A program made the translations under genes and the position numbers. Positions 9,829-19,533 of a stretch of DNA of 64,000 nucleotides are shown here, piece after piece; position 1 is the stretch's first letter, and every line of letters begins with the position of its first letter. Source of the DNA: Anaerolineae bacterium (GTDB taxonomy: Bacteria > Chloroflexota > Anaerolineae > Aggregatilineales > Phototrophicaceae); assembly GCA_017303635.1 (NCBI GenBank), contig JAFLCG010000002.1:156918-220917 (forward strand). Reading direction: 5' to 3'. Below the pieces are notes generated by a model. It saw only the letters and a list, made by a program, of their open reading frames with translations, was not told the DNA's origin and did no database searches.

Positions 9829-10416
9829 ATGGGCAAAGTGATTACGGGTTTCACCATGTCGCTGGATGGTTTCATCGCTGGGCCAAATGATGACATTGGT
9901 CCGCTTTTCAAGTGGTATCGCAGCGGAGAGGTCGAAATTCCTCTGAATGACGGACGGTTTGTGGCGAAGGTCTCAGCGGCTAGCGCAGCGATCATTCAGG
10001 AATGGTTTACGCGCTTTGGGGCGATCGTCACGGGGCGGCGGGATTTCGATGTGTCCAGAGCCTGGGGTGGCAAAAGCCCGATGGAGGTACCCATGTTCAT
10101 CGTCACCCATCACCCACCAGCAGAATGGGTATATGCAGGGTCGCCGTTCAATTTTGTAACCACGGGGGTCGAAGCCGCGCTTGAACAGGCACAGCAGGCC
10201 GCTGGTGAGCGCGATGTGCTGATCGGTGGCACCAGGATTGTGCAACAACTGCTCAAAGCGCGCCTGCTGGATGAAATCCATATCGAACTCGCGCCCCTGT
10301 TGCTAGGTAGTGGCATCCGGTTATTCGACCAACTCCCTGATCTTATTGTACTCGAACCGATCCTGGTGGTGGATACTCCGAGCGTAACCCACCTCAAATA
10401 TCGAGTCATCAAGTAA
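9829..10416 (+). CDS. Dihydrofolate reductase family protein (RibD C-terminal domain)
   Basis: N-terminus MGKVITGFTMSLDGFIAGPNDD, then GGTRIVQQLLKARLLDEIHIELAPLLLGSGIRLF. Confidence 0.8.
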   Translation: MGKVITGFTMSLDGFIAGPNDDIGPLFKWYRSGEVEIPLNDGRFVAKVSAASAAIIQEWFTRFGAIVTGRRDFDVSRAWGGKSPMEVPMFIVTHHPPAEWVYAGSPFNFVTTGVEAALEQAQQAAGERDVLIGGTRIVQQLLKARLLDEIHIELAPLLLGSGIRLFDQLPDLIVLEPILVVDTPSVTHLKYRVIK

Positions 10417-10518
10417 ACCATCGTTTCCCCCTCATATTGAGGGGTGCCAATCTCGCTCAAAAGTTCTATAATAGAACGCGTGTACCATAATTCGCGTTCA
10501 TGTGAAGGGGATTGCACG

Positions 10519-10956
10519 ATGCCGCGTACCAGCACCTATTTGAATTTTCAGGGTCATACCGAAGCCGCCTTCAAGTTCTACAAATCGGTCTTCGGGACCG
10601 AGTTTGAAGGCCCCATCCAATACTTGCGGGATGTGCCTGCCGCACCAGATATGCCGCCCATGAGTGCGGAAGACGGCGGCAAGGTCTTGAACGTCGTGTT
10701 GCCCATCCTTGGCGGTCACCGCTTGATGGGTACCGACTCGCTGGAGTCGATGGGGCAGAAAGTGACCTTCGGGAACAACATCAGCCTTAACCTCGAACCC
10801 GATACCCGTGCCGAAACGCAGCGCCTTTTTGATGCCCTCGCTGCCGGTGGCAAAGTGGAAATGCCCTTGCAGGAGATGTTCTGGGGGGCCTACTTCGGCT
10901 CGCTCACCGATCAGTACGGCGTGCAGTGGATGTTCAACTGCACGGAACCTGCCTGA
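10519..10956 (+). CDS. VOC family protein (PhnB/YjdN-like glyoxalase fold)
   Basis: MPRTSTYLNFQGHTEAAFKFYKSVFG...MFWGAYFGSLTDQYGVQWMFN. ATG at 10519. Confidence 0.8.
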   Translation: MPRTSTYLNFQGHTEAAFKFYKSVFGTEFEGPIQYLRDVPAAPDMPPMSAEDGGKVLNVVLPILGGHRLMGTDSLESMGQKVTFGNNISLNLEPDTRAETQRLFDALAAGGKVEMPLQEMFWGAYFGSLTDQYGVQWMFNCTEPA

Positions 10957-11045
10957 CCAACATCCTTTGGCAGGAAGCTCCGCACAGCCACCAGGCTTGT
11001 CCATCCTGACAACGACGACAAGCCTTCATTCTTTCTACTTTCGAT

Positions 11046-11777
11046 ATGAATCCCGAAAGGCCATCCATGAAGCAGATCACTACCCATCTCTGGTTTGATA
11101 CGCAGGCTAAAGAAGCTGCGACCTTCTACACAGGCGTCTTTCCCAATTCCCGCATCGAGAGCATTGTCACCTTGCCCGGCACCCCCCTCATGGAATTGGG
11201 TGCCTATCCCTTCAGCGAGTGGTTCGGCTGGATACAGGATCGCTACGGAGTCTCGTGGCAGATCATGCACACCGCGGCACCTATCCAGCAGAAGATCACG
11301 CCGATGCTCATGTTCGTCGGGGCGCAAGCGGGTAAAGCCGAAGAAGCCATTCGCTTCTACGCCTCACTCTTCCCGAACGCCGCCGTCGGGCCTATCAACC
11401 GTTATGGGTCGGGTGAAGCGCCGGATGCTGAAGGCACCGTCAAACAGGCGGCTTTTACGCTGGCAGGCCAGCACTTCACCGCCATGGACAGCGCCCATGC
11501 CCACGACTTCCAGTTCAATGAGGCCATCTCACTGATGGTCTACTGCGATACTCAGGCCGAGATCGACCATTACTGGGATAGCCTCACCGCAGACCCCACA
11601 GCCGAACAATGCGGTTGGCTCAAAGACCGATTCGGTCTCTCCTGGCAGATCGTCCCGACCGCCATGGATGCCATGATGGCAGACCCCGACCCGGCAACAA
11701 TCGCCCGCGTGACCGAAGCCTTCCTGCAGATGAAGAAATTCGACCTGGCTGTACTCCAGCGGGCCTATGCCGGTTAA
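11046..11777 (+). CDS. Two-domain VOC / 3-demethylubiquinone-9 methyltransferase-like protein; first domain shortened
   Basis: The second half is a complete domain (KITPMLMF...QCGWLKDRFGLSWQIVP...MKKFDLAVLQRAY). The first half keeps ITTHLWFD...RYGVSWQIM but lacks the middle of the fold. Confidence 0.7.
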   Translation: MNPERPSMKQITTHLWFDTQAKEAATFYTGVFPNSRIESIVTLPGTPLMELGAYPFSEWFGWIQDRYGVSWQIMHTAAPIQQKITPMLMFVGAQAGKAEEAIRFYASLFPNAAVGPINRYGSGEAPDAEGTVKQAAFTLAGQHFTAMDSAHAHDFQFNEAISLMVYCDTQAEIDHYWDSLTADPTAEQCGWLKDRFGLSWQIVPTAMDAMMADPDPATIARVTEAFLQMKKFDLAVLQRAYAG

Positions 11778-11896
11778 TCGAGATTGCGTAGGTATTGCCG
11801 TACCTGTCGACAAAAAGGAGTGGATTCGGTATACAGGGCAGAAGATCACTCTGCCCTGCACCGGATTTCACACCTTTCTGTACATGAGGTACTGCT

Positions 11897-12334
11897 ATGA
11901 CCATCGCGGATTTATTGAAGGGCTACTACGTCACGACGCAAATTCCGGTGGCCTGGGCGGAGATGGATGCCTTCGGCCATGTCAATAACGTCGTCTATTT
12001 CCGCTATTTTGAGATCGCCCGCATCGTCTACCTGGAACGCCTGAACGGGCTGGCCTACATGGAGGAAACCGGGATTGGCCCGATCCTGGCTTCCACCCAA
12101 TGCCGCTTCCGGGTTCCCCTCACCTATCCCGATACCGTCTCGGTTGGGGCACGCGTGCACTCGCTGGAAGCCGATCGCTTCACCATGGATTACTGCGTGG
12201 TTAGTCAGCGGCTGGAAAAGGTAGCCGCTGAAGGCAGCGGCGTAATCGTCATGTTTGATTATCGGGAAAACGCCAAGACCGGCATCCCCCAGGTGCTGCG
12301 CCAACGGATTGAAGCGATAGAACGGGGTGAATAA
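11897..12334 (+). CDS. Acyl-CoA thioesterase, hotdog fold (YbgC/4HBT-like)
   Basis: VAWAEMDAFGHVNNVVYFRYFEIARIVYL. Confidence 0.8.
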   Translation: MTIADLLKGYYVTTQIPVAWAEMDAFGHVNNVVYFRYFEIARIVYLERLNGLAYMEETGIGPILASTQCRFRVPLTYPDTVSVGARVHSLEADRFTMDYCVVSQRLEKVAAEGSGVIVMFDYRENAKTGIPQVLRQRIEAIERGE

Positions 12335-12350
12335 ACACCCCGAAGGTTCC

Positions 12351-15300
12351 CTACAGCGTGATTTCGCCCAGGATGCTGTCGAAGGTACGCAGGAATAACT
12401 CCGCATCCGCCCGGCTGAAAATCATGGATGGGCGCAGCTTAATGACGTTATGATACGGCCCATCTGTCCCCGCCAGAATCCCATGATCGCGCAGTCGGTT
12501 GATGAGGTAGGATGCCTGCGCTGCCGCCGGTTCCAGAGTCTCCCGGTCATTCACCAATTCCACGCCCAGGAACAGGCCAACGCCGCGCACATCCCCGATG
12601 ATGGGGTGACGTTCCATCATCGCCGTCATGCCGTCCAGCAGGAAGGTGCCAATCGTCAGCGCATTGGCCTGAAGCTGTTCCTCTTCCAACACATCCAGCA
12701 GCGCCAGACCCGCCGCGCAGGAAACCGGATTGCCGCCGAACGTGCTGAAGAATTCCATGCCATTGTCGAAGGCGTCGGCAATCGCCCGTGTGGTGATGAC
12801 CGCGCCCAGCGGCTGCCCGTTACCAATCGGTTTACCCAGCACGATGATATCCGGCACCACATCCTGTAACTCAAAGCCCCAGAAGCAGCGCCCCAAGCGC
12901 CCGAACCCGACCTGCACCTCGTCCGCAATGCACACCCCTCCCGCCGCCCGGACGTGCGCGTAGACGGTTTCCAGATAGTGCGGCGGGGGGACGATCTGCC
13001 CGCCCACGCTCGGCAGGGATTCCGCGATGAACCCATAAAGCCCTTGCCCCTGGGCCTGCAAATCCGCGATGATCTCCGCCACATGGGCTGCGTACTTTCG
13101 GCCGCGCTCCGGGTCGCTGCGCTTGTACGGCCCCCGGTAGTCATCCGGCACCGGGGCCACATGCACCCAGGCTTTGCGTCCTTCGCCGCCCGGCCCATTG
13201 AACTTGTACGGGCTGATGTCGATCAAGGCGGTCGTATGCCCATGATATGCCGTATCCATCACGATCAGGTTGGTCTGCCGGGTATACGCACGTGCCAGCC
13301 GCAGCGCCAGTTCATTGGCTTCGCTGGCAGAATTGACGAAGTAGCACACCTCCAGCGGCTCCGGCAGGAGGGCGCATAGCCGTTCTGCATAGCGGTTGAT
13401 ATTGTCGTGCAGGTAGCGCGTATTGGTTGTCAGCAGGCCAACCTGTTCCTGAACAGCCTTGACGATCCGCGGGTGGGTATGGCCCACATGCGGGACGTTG
13501 TTGTACATATCCAGGTAGGCCCGTCCGGTATCGTCGTACAGATACTGCCGCCACCCACGCACAATCTTGAGCGGGTGGCTGTATGTCAGGCTCAGGTTGC
13601 CGCCCAGCCGGCTGCGTCGCTGCTGGAGGGTTTCCTCATAGGGTACCTCTAGCGTGGGGAAGCGGTCGGCGGGTATGCCCAGCACCACATTCGGATCTGG
13701 CGAGAGGCTCAGCCACACCGGTCGCTGGCTGGCGAGCCCCACGCCGGGGAAATCCGCATCCCTTTCCAGCAGGTCGGTGATGATCTGGAAATGCACATGC
13801 GGCGGCCAATCCCCGTTGATCGGCGGTGGTCCCATATGCGCCAGCAAATCCCCTGCATGGACTGCCTGCCCGATCTGCCAGCGGCTGAGCACATCCTCCG
13901 CCAGGTGCCCGTACAGCGTATAGAATGGCTCTCCCGCAGCGGTCTGGTGCCGCAAGATGACCAGCGGCCCGTAATCCAGCGGAGCCGCGTTGTTGGCTAA
14001 ACAGTGCACCACGCCATCCAGCGGCGCATAAATCGGTGTCCCGGCGGGCATCCACACATCCAGCCCCAGGTGGATGGTGCGCCGTTCGGCCAATGGATCG
14101 ACCCCGGTGGCAAACAGGTCATTGGCGTAGATCAGCCGCGCCTCGTCATAACGCCCGATCCCGATGTGCGTTCCCGCCTCCCGCAGTGCCTCTTCGATCA
14201 GCCGGGTCATGGGGCCGCAGGTGCTGTTGTCCGGGTTCGCGCCCAGCATCCGGCTGCTCACGCTCAGGTCCAGCACGTGGCAGGCATCCCCGCCCAGGCT
14301 CTGCCCGACCAACGGCGCAAAAGTCTGCTGTGAGAGCCACTCGACCACCCGCTGGCTGTGTGGCACGGCGGGCACGCCACAGGCCGCCCGCAGCAGATAA
14401 TGTGCCAGCCGGGGATGAGCCTGCGCCAACTGTTCCAGCGCGGCCCAGGCTGGTCGCTCACTGATGACCACATACGGGTCATCCGGCACTTCCACCTGCC
14501 GGAAAGCCGAGTTGGTCACGCTGATCGCCAGGCGCATCTGCACCAGCGGGAAGATCAGCTCAATTTCCGCCTCAGTCAGTGGACAATGCTGGTGATACCC
14601 GGCGACCACCTGCACCATCGCCGCCAGTGGGTCAGGCTTATCCATGATGGCATAGGCGCAGGCCACCGCCACATCGTAAACGCGGTAGGTGTCCATCAGG
14701 TCGCCGAAGTCGATGACGCTGCTCACCCGCCACGGATATGTCCCCCGATCATCGACGATCACGTTGTAGTCATTGGCATCCGCATGAATGACGCCCCGCG
14801 GGGTCTGCTGCAAGGCGGGCAGCAGCCTCTGATGAAAATCCGCGAGGATGCCCTGCACCAGCCTCCGCCGTCCGTCGTCCCGAATGTGATGCAGGTAATC
14901 CCCGATCCAACCGGCCTGGGCAATATCCCACTTATAGGTACGCTGCGCGGCGGGGTGCGTAAAACCTGCCAGCGCCGTCGTCAACTGTCCCAGCCACGCG
15001 CCCAGACTATGGAGCAGTTCCGGGCTGTGCGGTCGAACTTTCGCCATCACATTCCCCGATACCCAACTCAGCATCCAGACCAACCGGGTTTCATCATCGG
15101 ATAGCCGATACGGGGTGATGTAGTCCCCTTTAGCTGTAGCTTTCGGCTGGGGCAGGGTCAAATCTGGTGCATGTTCCGCCGCATACAGCAGCGCCCGGCA
15201 CTGCAAGTCGATTTCCGCCAGCGCCCGGCTGGGATGCATGACTTTCAGCACATAGCCCTGACCATCAGCAGTCCGCACCCGAAAGTTGAGATCGTACTCG

Positions 15301-15413
15301 CCCGGTAGTGCGGAAATGTCAGAAGCCGAAAGGTTGTACACATCAGAAAGCAAACGGGCGGCATCAGCCGGGGTCAGGTGGGGCATAGTAGTCAATATCC
15401 TGTCGATGAACAT
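12351..15413 (-). CDS. Tri-domain fusion: APH/hydroxylysine-kinase-like phosphotransferase + M23-like domain + class-III PLP aminotransferase/phospho-lyase-like domain
   Basis: N-terminus has [13 protein letters not shown] and VIDFGD kinase motifs. The middle has [18 protein letters not shown]...PPHVHFQI. The C-terminus has [20 protein letters not shown] and LGKPIGNG (PLP lysine). Confidence 0.85.
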   Translation of the reverse strand: MFIDRILTTMPHLTPADAARLLSDVYNLSASDISALPGEYDLNFRVRTADGQGYVLKVMHPSRALAEIDLQCRALLYAAEHAPDLTLPQPKATAKGDYITPYRLSDDETRLVWMLSWVSGNVMAKVRPHSPELLHSLGAWLGQLTTALAGFTHPAAQRTYKWDIAQAGWIGDYLHHIRDDGRRRLVQGILADFHQRLLPALQQTPRGVIHADANDYNVIVDDRGTYPWRVSSVIDFGDLMDTYRVYDVAVACAYAIMDKPDPLAAMVQVVAGYHQHCPLTEAEIELIFPLVQMRLAISVTNSAFRQVEVPDDPYVVISERPAWAALEQLAQAHPRLAHYLLRAACGVPAVPHSQRVVEWLSQQTFAPLVGQSLGGDACHVLDLSVSSRMLGANPDNSTCGPMTRLIEEALREAGTHIGIGRYDEARLIYANDLFATGVDPLAERRTIHLGLDVWMPAGTPIYAPLDGVVHCLANNAAPLDYGPLVILRHQTAAGEPFYTLYGHLAEDVLSRWQIGQAVHAGDLLAHMGPPPINGDWPPHVHFQIITDLLERDADFPGVGLASQRPVWLSLSPDPNVVLGIPADRFPTLEVPYEETLQQRRSRLGGNLSLTYSHPLKIVRGWRQYLYDDTGRAYLDMYNNVPHVGHTHPRIVKAVQEQVGLLTTNTRYLHDNINRYAERLCALLPEPLEVCYFVNSASEANELALRLARAYTRQTNLIVMDTAYHGHTTALIDISPYKFNGPGGEGRKAWVHVAPVPDDYRGPYKRSDPERGRKYAAHVAEIIADLQAQGQGLYGFIAESLPSVGGQIVPPPHYLETVYAHVRAAGGVCIADEVQVGFGRLGRCFWGFELQDVVPDIIVLGKPIGNGQPLGAVITTRAIADAFDNGMEFFSTFGGNPVSCAAGLALLDVLEEEQLQANALTIGTFLLDGMTAMMERHPIIGDVRGVGLFLGVELVNDRETLEPAAAQASYLINRLRDHGILAGTDGPYHNVIKLRPSMIFSRADAELFLRTFDSILGEITL

Positions 15414-15533
15414 GAGTTAGGCGAGAGTATATCAAGGCATCGGCCAATATTCTGGCAACCATTGCCCATCAGTTCGCGAAAGCCATATGGTAGAGTATCG
15501 GCCTTCGCGCTGTTCACCGCGGGAGAATGAGTC

Positions 15534-16163
15534 GTGCTGCTGTTCTTGTCAGCTTTTGCCATGTCGATTGCCTTCGCCGCTCAACCGGGGGTCGTCACCT
15601 TCGAGACGATCCGGCGCGGTTTTGCCGGAGGTTGGCGACCAGCCTTCTTGCTGGAACTCGGTTCGTTGGTCGGGGATGCCACCTGGGCCTTGATCGCTCT
15701 CACCAGCGCGGCGCTGCTGTTCCAGAATCCAGTCATCTCCACCATTCTGAGCCTATTCGGTTGTATCCTGTTATTGAAATTCGCTTGGGAAGCGTGGTTG
15801 GCCTCGCGGCAGGCCGTCGCCCTGGAGATGGGTGGCGCACCGGCCAGCGCCAACCATTTTGCTGCCGGGGCAGCGATCTCACTCAGTAATCCCGCCAACA
15901 TCACTTTCTGGCTGGGGATGAGTGGAACCATTGTGGGGTTAGGCTTCCTCAATCCCCAACCGCTCGACCTGCTGGTATTTTTCACCGGCTTTATGAGTGC
16001 CCAGTTTTTCTGGTGTTTCTTCATGGCGGGGTTGGTCACCGCTGGGCGGCGTTATATCACTGCCCAGGGCTTCCGCTGGATCAACCTGGCTTGCGCTGTC
16101 GTCCTCGCTTACTTCGGCCTGACGCTGCTGTTTAACACGCTGCAAGCGGTTCTATCGGTCTAA
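15534..16163 (+). CDS. LysE/RhtB family amino-acid exporter
   Basis: GTG start after GGGAG. About six TM segments with a LysE-type N-terminus (AAQPGVVTFETIRRG). Confidence 0.8.
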   Translation: MLLFLSAFAMSIAFAAQPGVVTFETIRRGFAGGWRPAFLLELGSLVGDATWALIALTSAALLFQNPVISTILSLFGCILLLKFAWEAWLASRQAVALEMGGAPASANHFAAGAAISLSNPANITFWLGMSGTIVGLGFLNPQPLDLLVFFTGFMSAQFFWCFFMAGLVTAGRRYITAQGFRWINLACAVVLAYFGLTLLFNTLQAVLSV

Positions 16164-16178
16164 ACAGACACAGGCATA

Positions 16179-16202
16179 AGGGCGACCCGCCAGATCGCCC
16201 TT
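16179..16202. terminator. Bidirectional hairpin between convergent genes
   Basis: aagggcga-cccgccaga-tcgccctt lies between the LysE stop and the toastrack gene stop. Confidence 0.5.
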
Positions 16203-16231
16203 ACATAAACCAGACGGCTAATGGTCAACCG

Positions 16232-17080
16232 TTAGCGGACGGTCAAGCCGCCTACCCCACCGGAATACTCCACGCTGATCTTCTGGGTCGCCAGGGCAAA
16301 GCCTTCGGTTTCCCAGGTACCGCTGGCACCAATGCCCGCTAGACCGTCCTCACCGCTCACCCGGCGGAAACGCGCTGGCACCGTGATCCCACCCAGTCCG
16401 GAGGTCGCCTTCAAGCGGGCGGCAGTCGCTTCCGGCAGGCTGATGGTCATGCCACCCACGCCGCCTTCCATCTCGATAATCGGATGCGCGCCGTCAGGGA
16501 CAGTCACATTGACAGCGCCTACCCCGTTATCCACCTCGACTTTGTAGGCTTCGGGTGAAGTAGGCAGGGTCAGTCGGATTTCCCCGACGCCACCATCCAC
16601 ATCCAGCTTGGTCAGGTTGAGTCCGGTCAGGTTCAGGCCGCTGCTGCCCACCCCACAGTCAATTTCGAGTTCGAGCGGCACTGCCGGGTTCAGGCCAATG
16701 TCCCAGCGCAGGTCATCCCGGTTGGTGAACTTGGCAATCGCATCCTTGAACGGGGTGGCGAAATCGGCGAAACCCGGCTTCTGCCCCAGCCGGATGACTT
16801 TCTCCGCCTCGCCGCTGACATTGAACTCCAGTTCGCCGGTGTACGTGACGTTGGCTTCGATCAACTGGTCGGAATCCGCCAGCGCGTAGACGTTCACCCG
16901 CCCTACCGAGAGATTCAGCTTGATCTGAGCGCGGGTGGTTCCGGCCAGCGGTGTCTTGAAGGTCTCGGTCTTGGCTTCTTCATCGCTGCCCAGCTTGCCG
17001 ACCATCCGCTTCAGGCTGTCGCCGATCTGGTCGAACGAGAATGACCATTCCACGCTGCGGTTCGGTTTTTGCTCACTCAT
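16232..17080 (-). CDS. Toastrack (LiaF/LiaG C-terminal, DUF4097/DUF2154-like) protein
   Basis: Repeated beta-helix rungs DGGVGEIRLTLP, DNGVGAVNVTVP, EGGVGGMTISLP, SGLGGITVP and SGGVGGLTV. Confidence 0.65.
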   Translation of the reverse strand: MSEQKPNRSVEWSFSFDQIGDSLKRMVGKLGSDEEAKTETFKTPLAGTTRAQIKLNLSVGRVNVYALADSDQLIEANVTYTGELEFNVSGEAEKVIRLGQKPGFADFATPFKDAIAKFTNRDDLRWDIGLNPAVPLELEIDCGVGSSGLNLTGLNLTKLDVDGGVGEIRLTLPTSPEAYKVEVDNGVGAVNVTVPDGAHPIIEMEGGVGGMTISLPEATAARLKATSGLGGITVPARFRRVSGEDGLAGIGASGTWETEGFALATQKISVEYSGGVGGLTVR

Positions 17081-17107
17081 GATTGTCGTTGTCCTTTATT
17101 GCATCTC

Positions 17108-17150
17108 GTAGGGACGCCCCGTTGGGCGTCCGCTGTCAACTTGAAATCAG
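17108..17150 (+). repeat. REP-like hairpin with 5' GTAG plus conserved tail, intergenic within the operon
   Basis: GTAGGGACGCCCCGTTGGGCGTCCgctgtcaaCTTGAAATCAG. Confidence 0.7.
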
Positions 17151-17151
17151 A

Positions 17152-18159
17152 TTACCGGATCGTCACACTACCGACGCCGCCGTTATAGATGATGTCAATC
17201 TGGCGATCAGAACCATCCCAGTTGGGGGAAACCCACACACCATCCGAGCCGACAAAATCATCCCCACCGCTGATGCGTTCATAGCCTGCCGGGACGTTGA
17301 TGCTGCCCACCCCGGTCTTTCCATTGATCCGCACCGCGGCGTCATCCGGCACATCCAGATCCAGCGATCCAGCACCACCATCAATATCCAGCGTCAACGC
17401 TGCACCTTCTTCAATGGTGATATTGATGGACCCCGCGCCACCATTGAGGTCTACCCGGTAAGGCGACTCTGTCCCTGGCAGTTCCAGATCCAGCGATCCG
17501 GCCCCCATGTTGTAATCCAGGCCGGTCAGGTTCAGATCCATCAGATGGAGCGCGCTGCTGCCAGCCCCGCCGTTGATGGTCAGGTTGACCGGTACCGCTG
17601 CATTCAGGCCCACATCCCAGCGCAGGCTGCCATCACCGATGCCCGTGATGTCAAATAACTGGAAGTTATTGGCTTCGTTCCGCAGGTGAATCTGTCGGTT
17701 CGCGCCGCCTTGCACATCAAAGGTGACCTCTCCGATATAACGGATGTCCGCAGCAAAAAGTTCATTCGAGTCGGTCAGCGGGCTAACGGTGGTATCTGCT
17801 GCTGCCAGATCCAGGCGCACAGTAACCGCTTCAGCCCCGTTTATGGCTTCCGTATAGGTTTCTGCCACGGCTTCTGCACCGCGTGACCAACCCAGGGCCG
17901 GGCCGACCAGCGTCAGCACGACGATCAGGCCAATGCCGCCCAGCGCGATCAGCGAACGGATCCCTTCGTAGCGTGGCTTGACGAGGATATAGGCACCCAG
18001 CACGATCAGGATTAGCGGCCACAGGCGCGCCAGCATCGCCAGATTAGCAATGCTCAGGATGCCTACATTACCCAGCAACCACAGCCCACCGATGGCGATG
18101 AGCAAGGCGGGTAAGAAAAACGAGCGTTCTCGTGTTGGATGCAGGGGTTGCGTTGTCAT
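17152..18159 (-). CDS. LiaF-like membrane protein: N-terminal TM region + toastrack domain
   Basis: Start ATG at 18159 (MTTQPLHP); the track ORF start at 18201 reads through the REP hairpin. Four TM helices are followed by NGGAGSSALHL, MGAGSLDLELP, NGGAGSINITI, DGGAGSLDLDVP and NGGVGSVTI rungs. Paralogous to 16232-17080. Confidence 0.65.
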   Translation of the reverse strand: MTTQPLHPTRERSFFLPALLIAIGGLWLLGNVGILSIANLAMLARLWPLILIVLGAYILVKPRYEGIRSLIALGGIGLIVVLTLVGPALGWSRGAEAVAETYTEAINGAEAVTVRLDLAAADTTVSPLTDSNELFAADIRYIGEVTFDVQGGANRQIHLRNEANNFQLFDITGIGDGSLRWDVGLNAAVPVNLTINGGAGSSALHLMDLNLTGLDYNMGAGSLDLELPGTESPYRVDLNGGAGSINITIEEGAALTLDIDGGAGSLDLDVPDDAAVRINGKTGVGSINVPAGYERISGGDDFVGSDGVWVSPNWDGSDRQIDIIYNGGVGSVTIR

Positions 18160-18175
18160 TTGTCGATATACCTCC

Positions 18176-18213
18176 GTAGGGACACCCGATTGGGTGTCCA
18201 CCTTGAAATCAGG
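18176..18213 (+). repeat. REP-like hairpin with 5' GTAG plus conserved tail, intergenic within the operon
   Basis: GTAGGGACACCCGATTGGGTGTCCacCTTGAAATCAG. Stem changes relative to 17108 are compensatory. Confidence 0.7.
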
Positions 18214-18525
18214 TTAGGAATGCCGCGTTGTCCGTCTGCCGCGCCACAGCATCAACAGCCCCAGCGCGATCAGCAGAACCGGCCACAGATTGCCGATAGC
18301 CGAACCCAGTGTGCCGAAGACAAGGCCAATGGCCTCGCCGATGCCGCCAAAGAACATGCCAATCAGGTTGCCAAGTGTGCCAAAAACAGTACCAACGATG
18401 TCCCAACTGACGACGCCAAACTGAGCCAGCAGAAAATACGCGCCCAGCCCAATCAGGACGACCGCCGCGATGAAGCGACCACGTCCACCTGAGTCCTGCA
18501 GTTCGCCCCGTTTTGCCTTTTCCAT
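18214..18525 (-). CDS. Small Gly-rich membrane protein (LiaI/LiaF-TM-like), first gene of the toastrack operon
   Basis: ATG at 18525 follows GGGAGG. Three hydrophobic segments rich in G-x-x-x-G. Confidence 0.6.
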   Translation of the reverse strand: MEKAKRGELQDSGGRGRFIAAVVLIGLGAYFLLAQFGVVSWDIVGTVFGTLGNLIGMFFGGIGEAIGLVFGTLGSAIGNLWPVLLIALGLLMLWRGRRTTRHS

Positions 18526-18662
18526 ATGCAAAATCCTCCCAACGCCTTGCCCACAGGGCAAAGCCTGAATACCGCAACGATAACGATGCCTGTTACAGTG
18601 TGATCTACAGGGTATTACGAGTGGCGCAGTGGAAAGGTTGCGCGAGCCTTTGCAGGCTAGGC

Positions 18663-18705
18663 AAAAAACAGGGGTATGGCTCTACCGAGTGAGAACCATA
18701 CCCCT
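18663..18705 (-). terminator. Rho-independent terminator of the adk-family gene
   Basis: The minus strand reads AGGGGTATGG-loop-CCATACCCCT followed by TTTTTT. Confidence 0.7.
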
Positions 18706-18737
18706 ATTGCTTTTCTCCTATCGACCAGCAGCCTCAC

Positions 18738-19445
18738 CTAGCGGGCCGCATCAATGATGGTGTTGACCTGTGCGCTGACCGCCTCAATGGAGACTGAAGC
18801 ATCCACGCGCTTGACCAGGCCGCGGGCATCGTAATAACTAATCAGTGGCGCGGTCAGGCTGCGGAAGTCATCAATCCGTTTGATGATGGCGTGGGCGTGG
18901 GCATCATCCGCCCGCCGCTTGAGTTTTTCACCGGTCGCTTTCAGGGTCGCTTCCAGGCTGGGCGGAAAGGCTTTTTCCGGGTGTTCATTCCACTTCACGT
19001 CCAGCAGTTCTGGTGTGGTATAGACGTTATAGCTCTCCCCGTCGGCAGCGGTCACCCGCCCAAAAGCCCGGCGGAAGGCATCATACAGGTCCAGTTCCAT
19101 GAGCAGCACCGCGCTCAGTTTTTCACCCTTGCTCGCCAGCAGATCATCCAGATATTTGGCCTGATCTGGCGTACGCGGATACCCATCAAAGATGGCTCCT
19201 GCCTGCACATCCGGTTGCTCCAGACGTTCCTTCACCACCTGATTGGTGATCTCATCGGAGATGAGCTGCCCGGAAGCCATAATCGTCTGAATCTGTTGTG
19301 CCAGCGCGTCAGTGCGCGTTTTCATCGCCCGAAAGAGGTCGCCAGTGGAAATCTGCGGGATGCCGTAATGCTTTTGGACCAGCCCGGCCTGAATGCCCTT
19401 ACCCGCCCCCTGCACGCCCATAATTAACAGAAAAAGACCCATCAT
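18738..19445 (-). CDS. adk: Adenylate kinase family protein with long Cys-less LID
   Basis: P-loop GVQGAGKGIQ, ISTGDLFR, FDGYPRT and RRADD. The LID insert has no zinc cysteines. Confidence 0.7.
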   Translation of the reverse strand: MMGLFLLIMGVQGAGKGIQAGLVQKHYGIPQISTGDLFRAMKTRTDALAQQIQTIMASGQLISDEITNQVVKERLEQPDVQAGAIFDGYPRTPDQAKYLDDLLASKGEKLSAVLLMELDLYDAFRRAFGRVTAADGESYNVYTTPELLDVKWNEHPEKAFPPSLEATLKATGEKLKRRADDAHAHAIIKRIDDFRSLTAPLISYYDARGLVKRVDASVSIEAVSAQVNTIIDAAR

Positions 19446-19533
19446 TCAACCTTATACATGGATGATTATTAACCGTTCTTTATAGTGTATCGGGGAAGCG
19501 GCGGCGTGGAAAGCGAGAACTGCGCCAGGCAAT

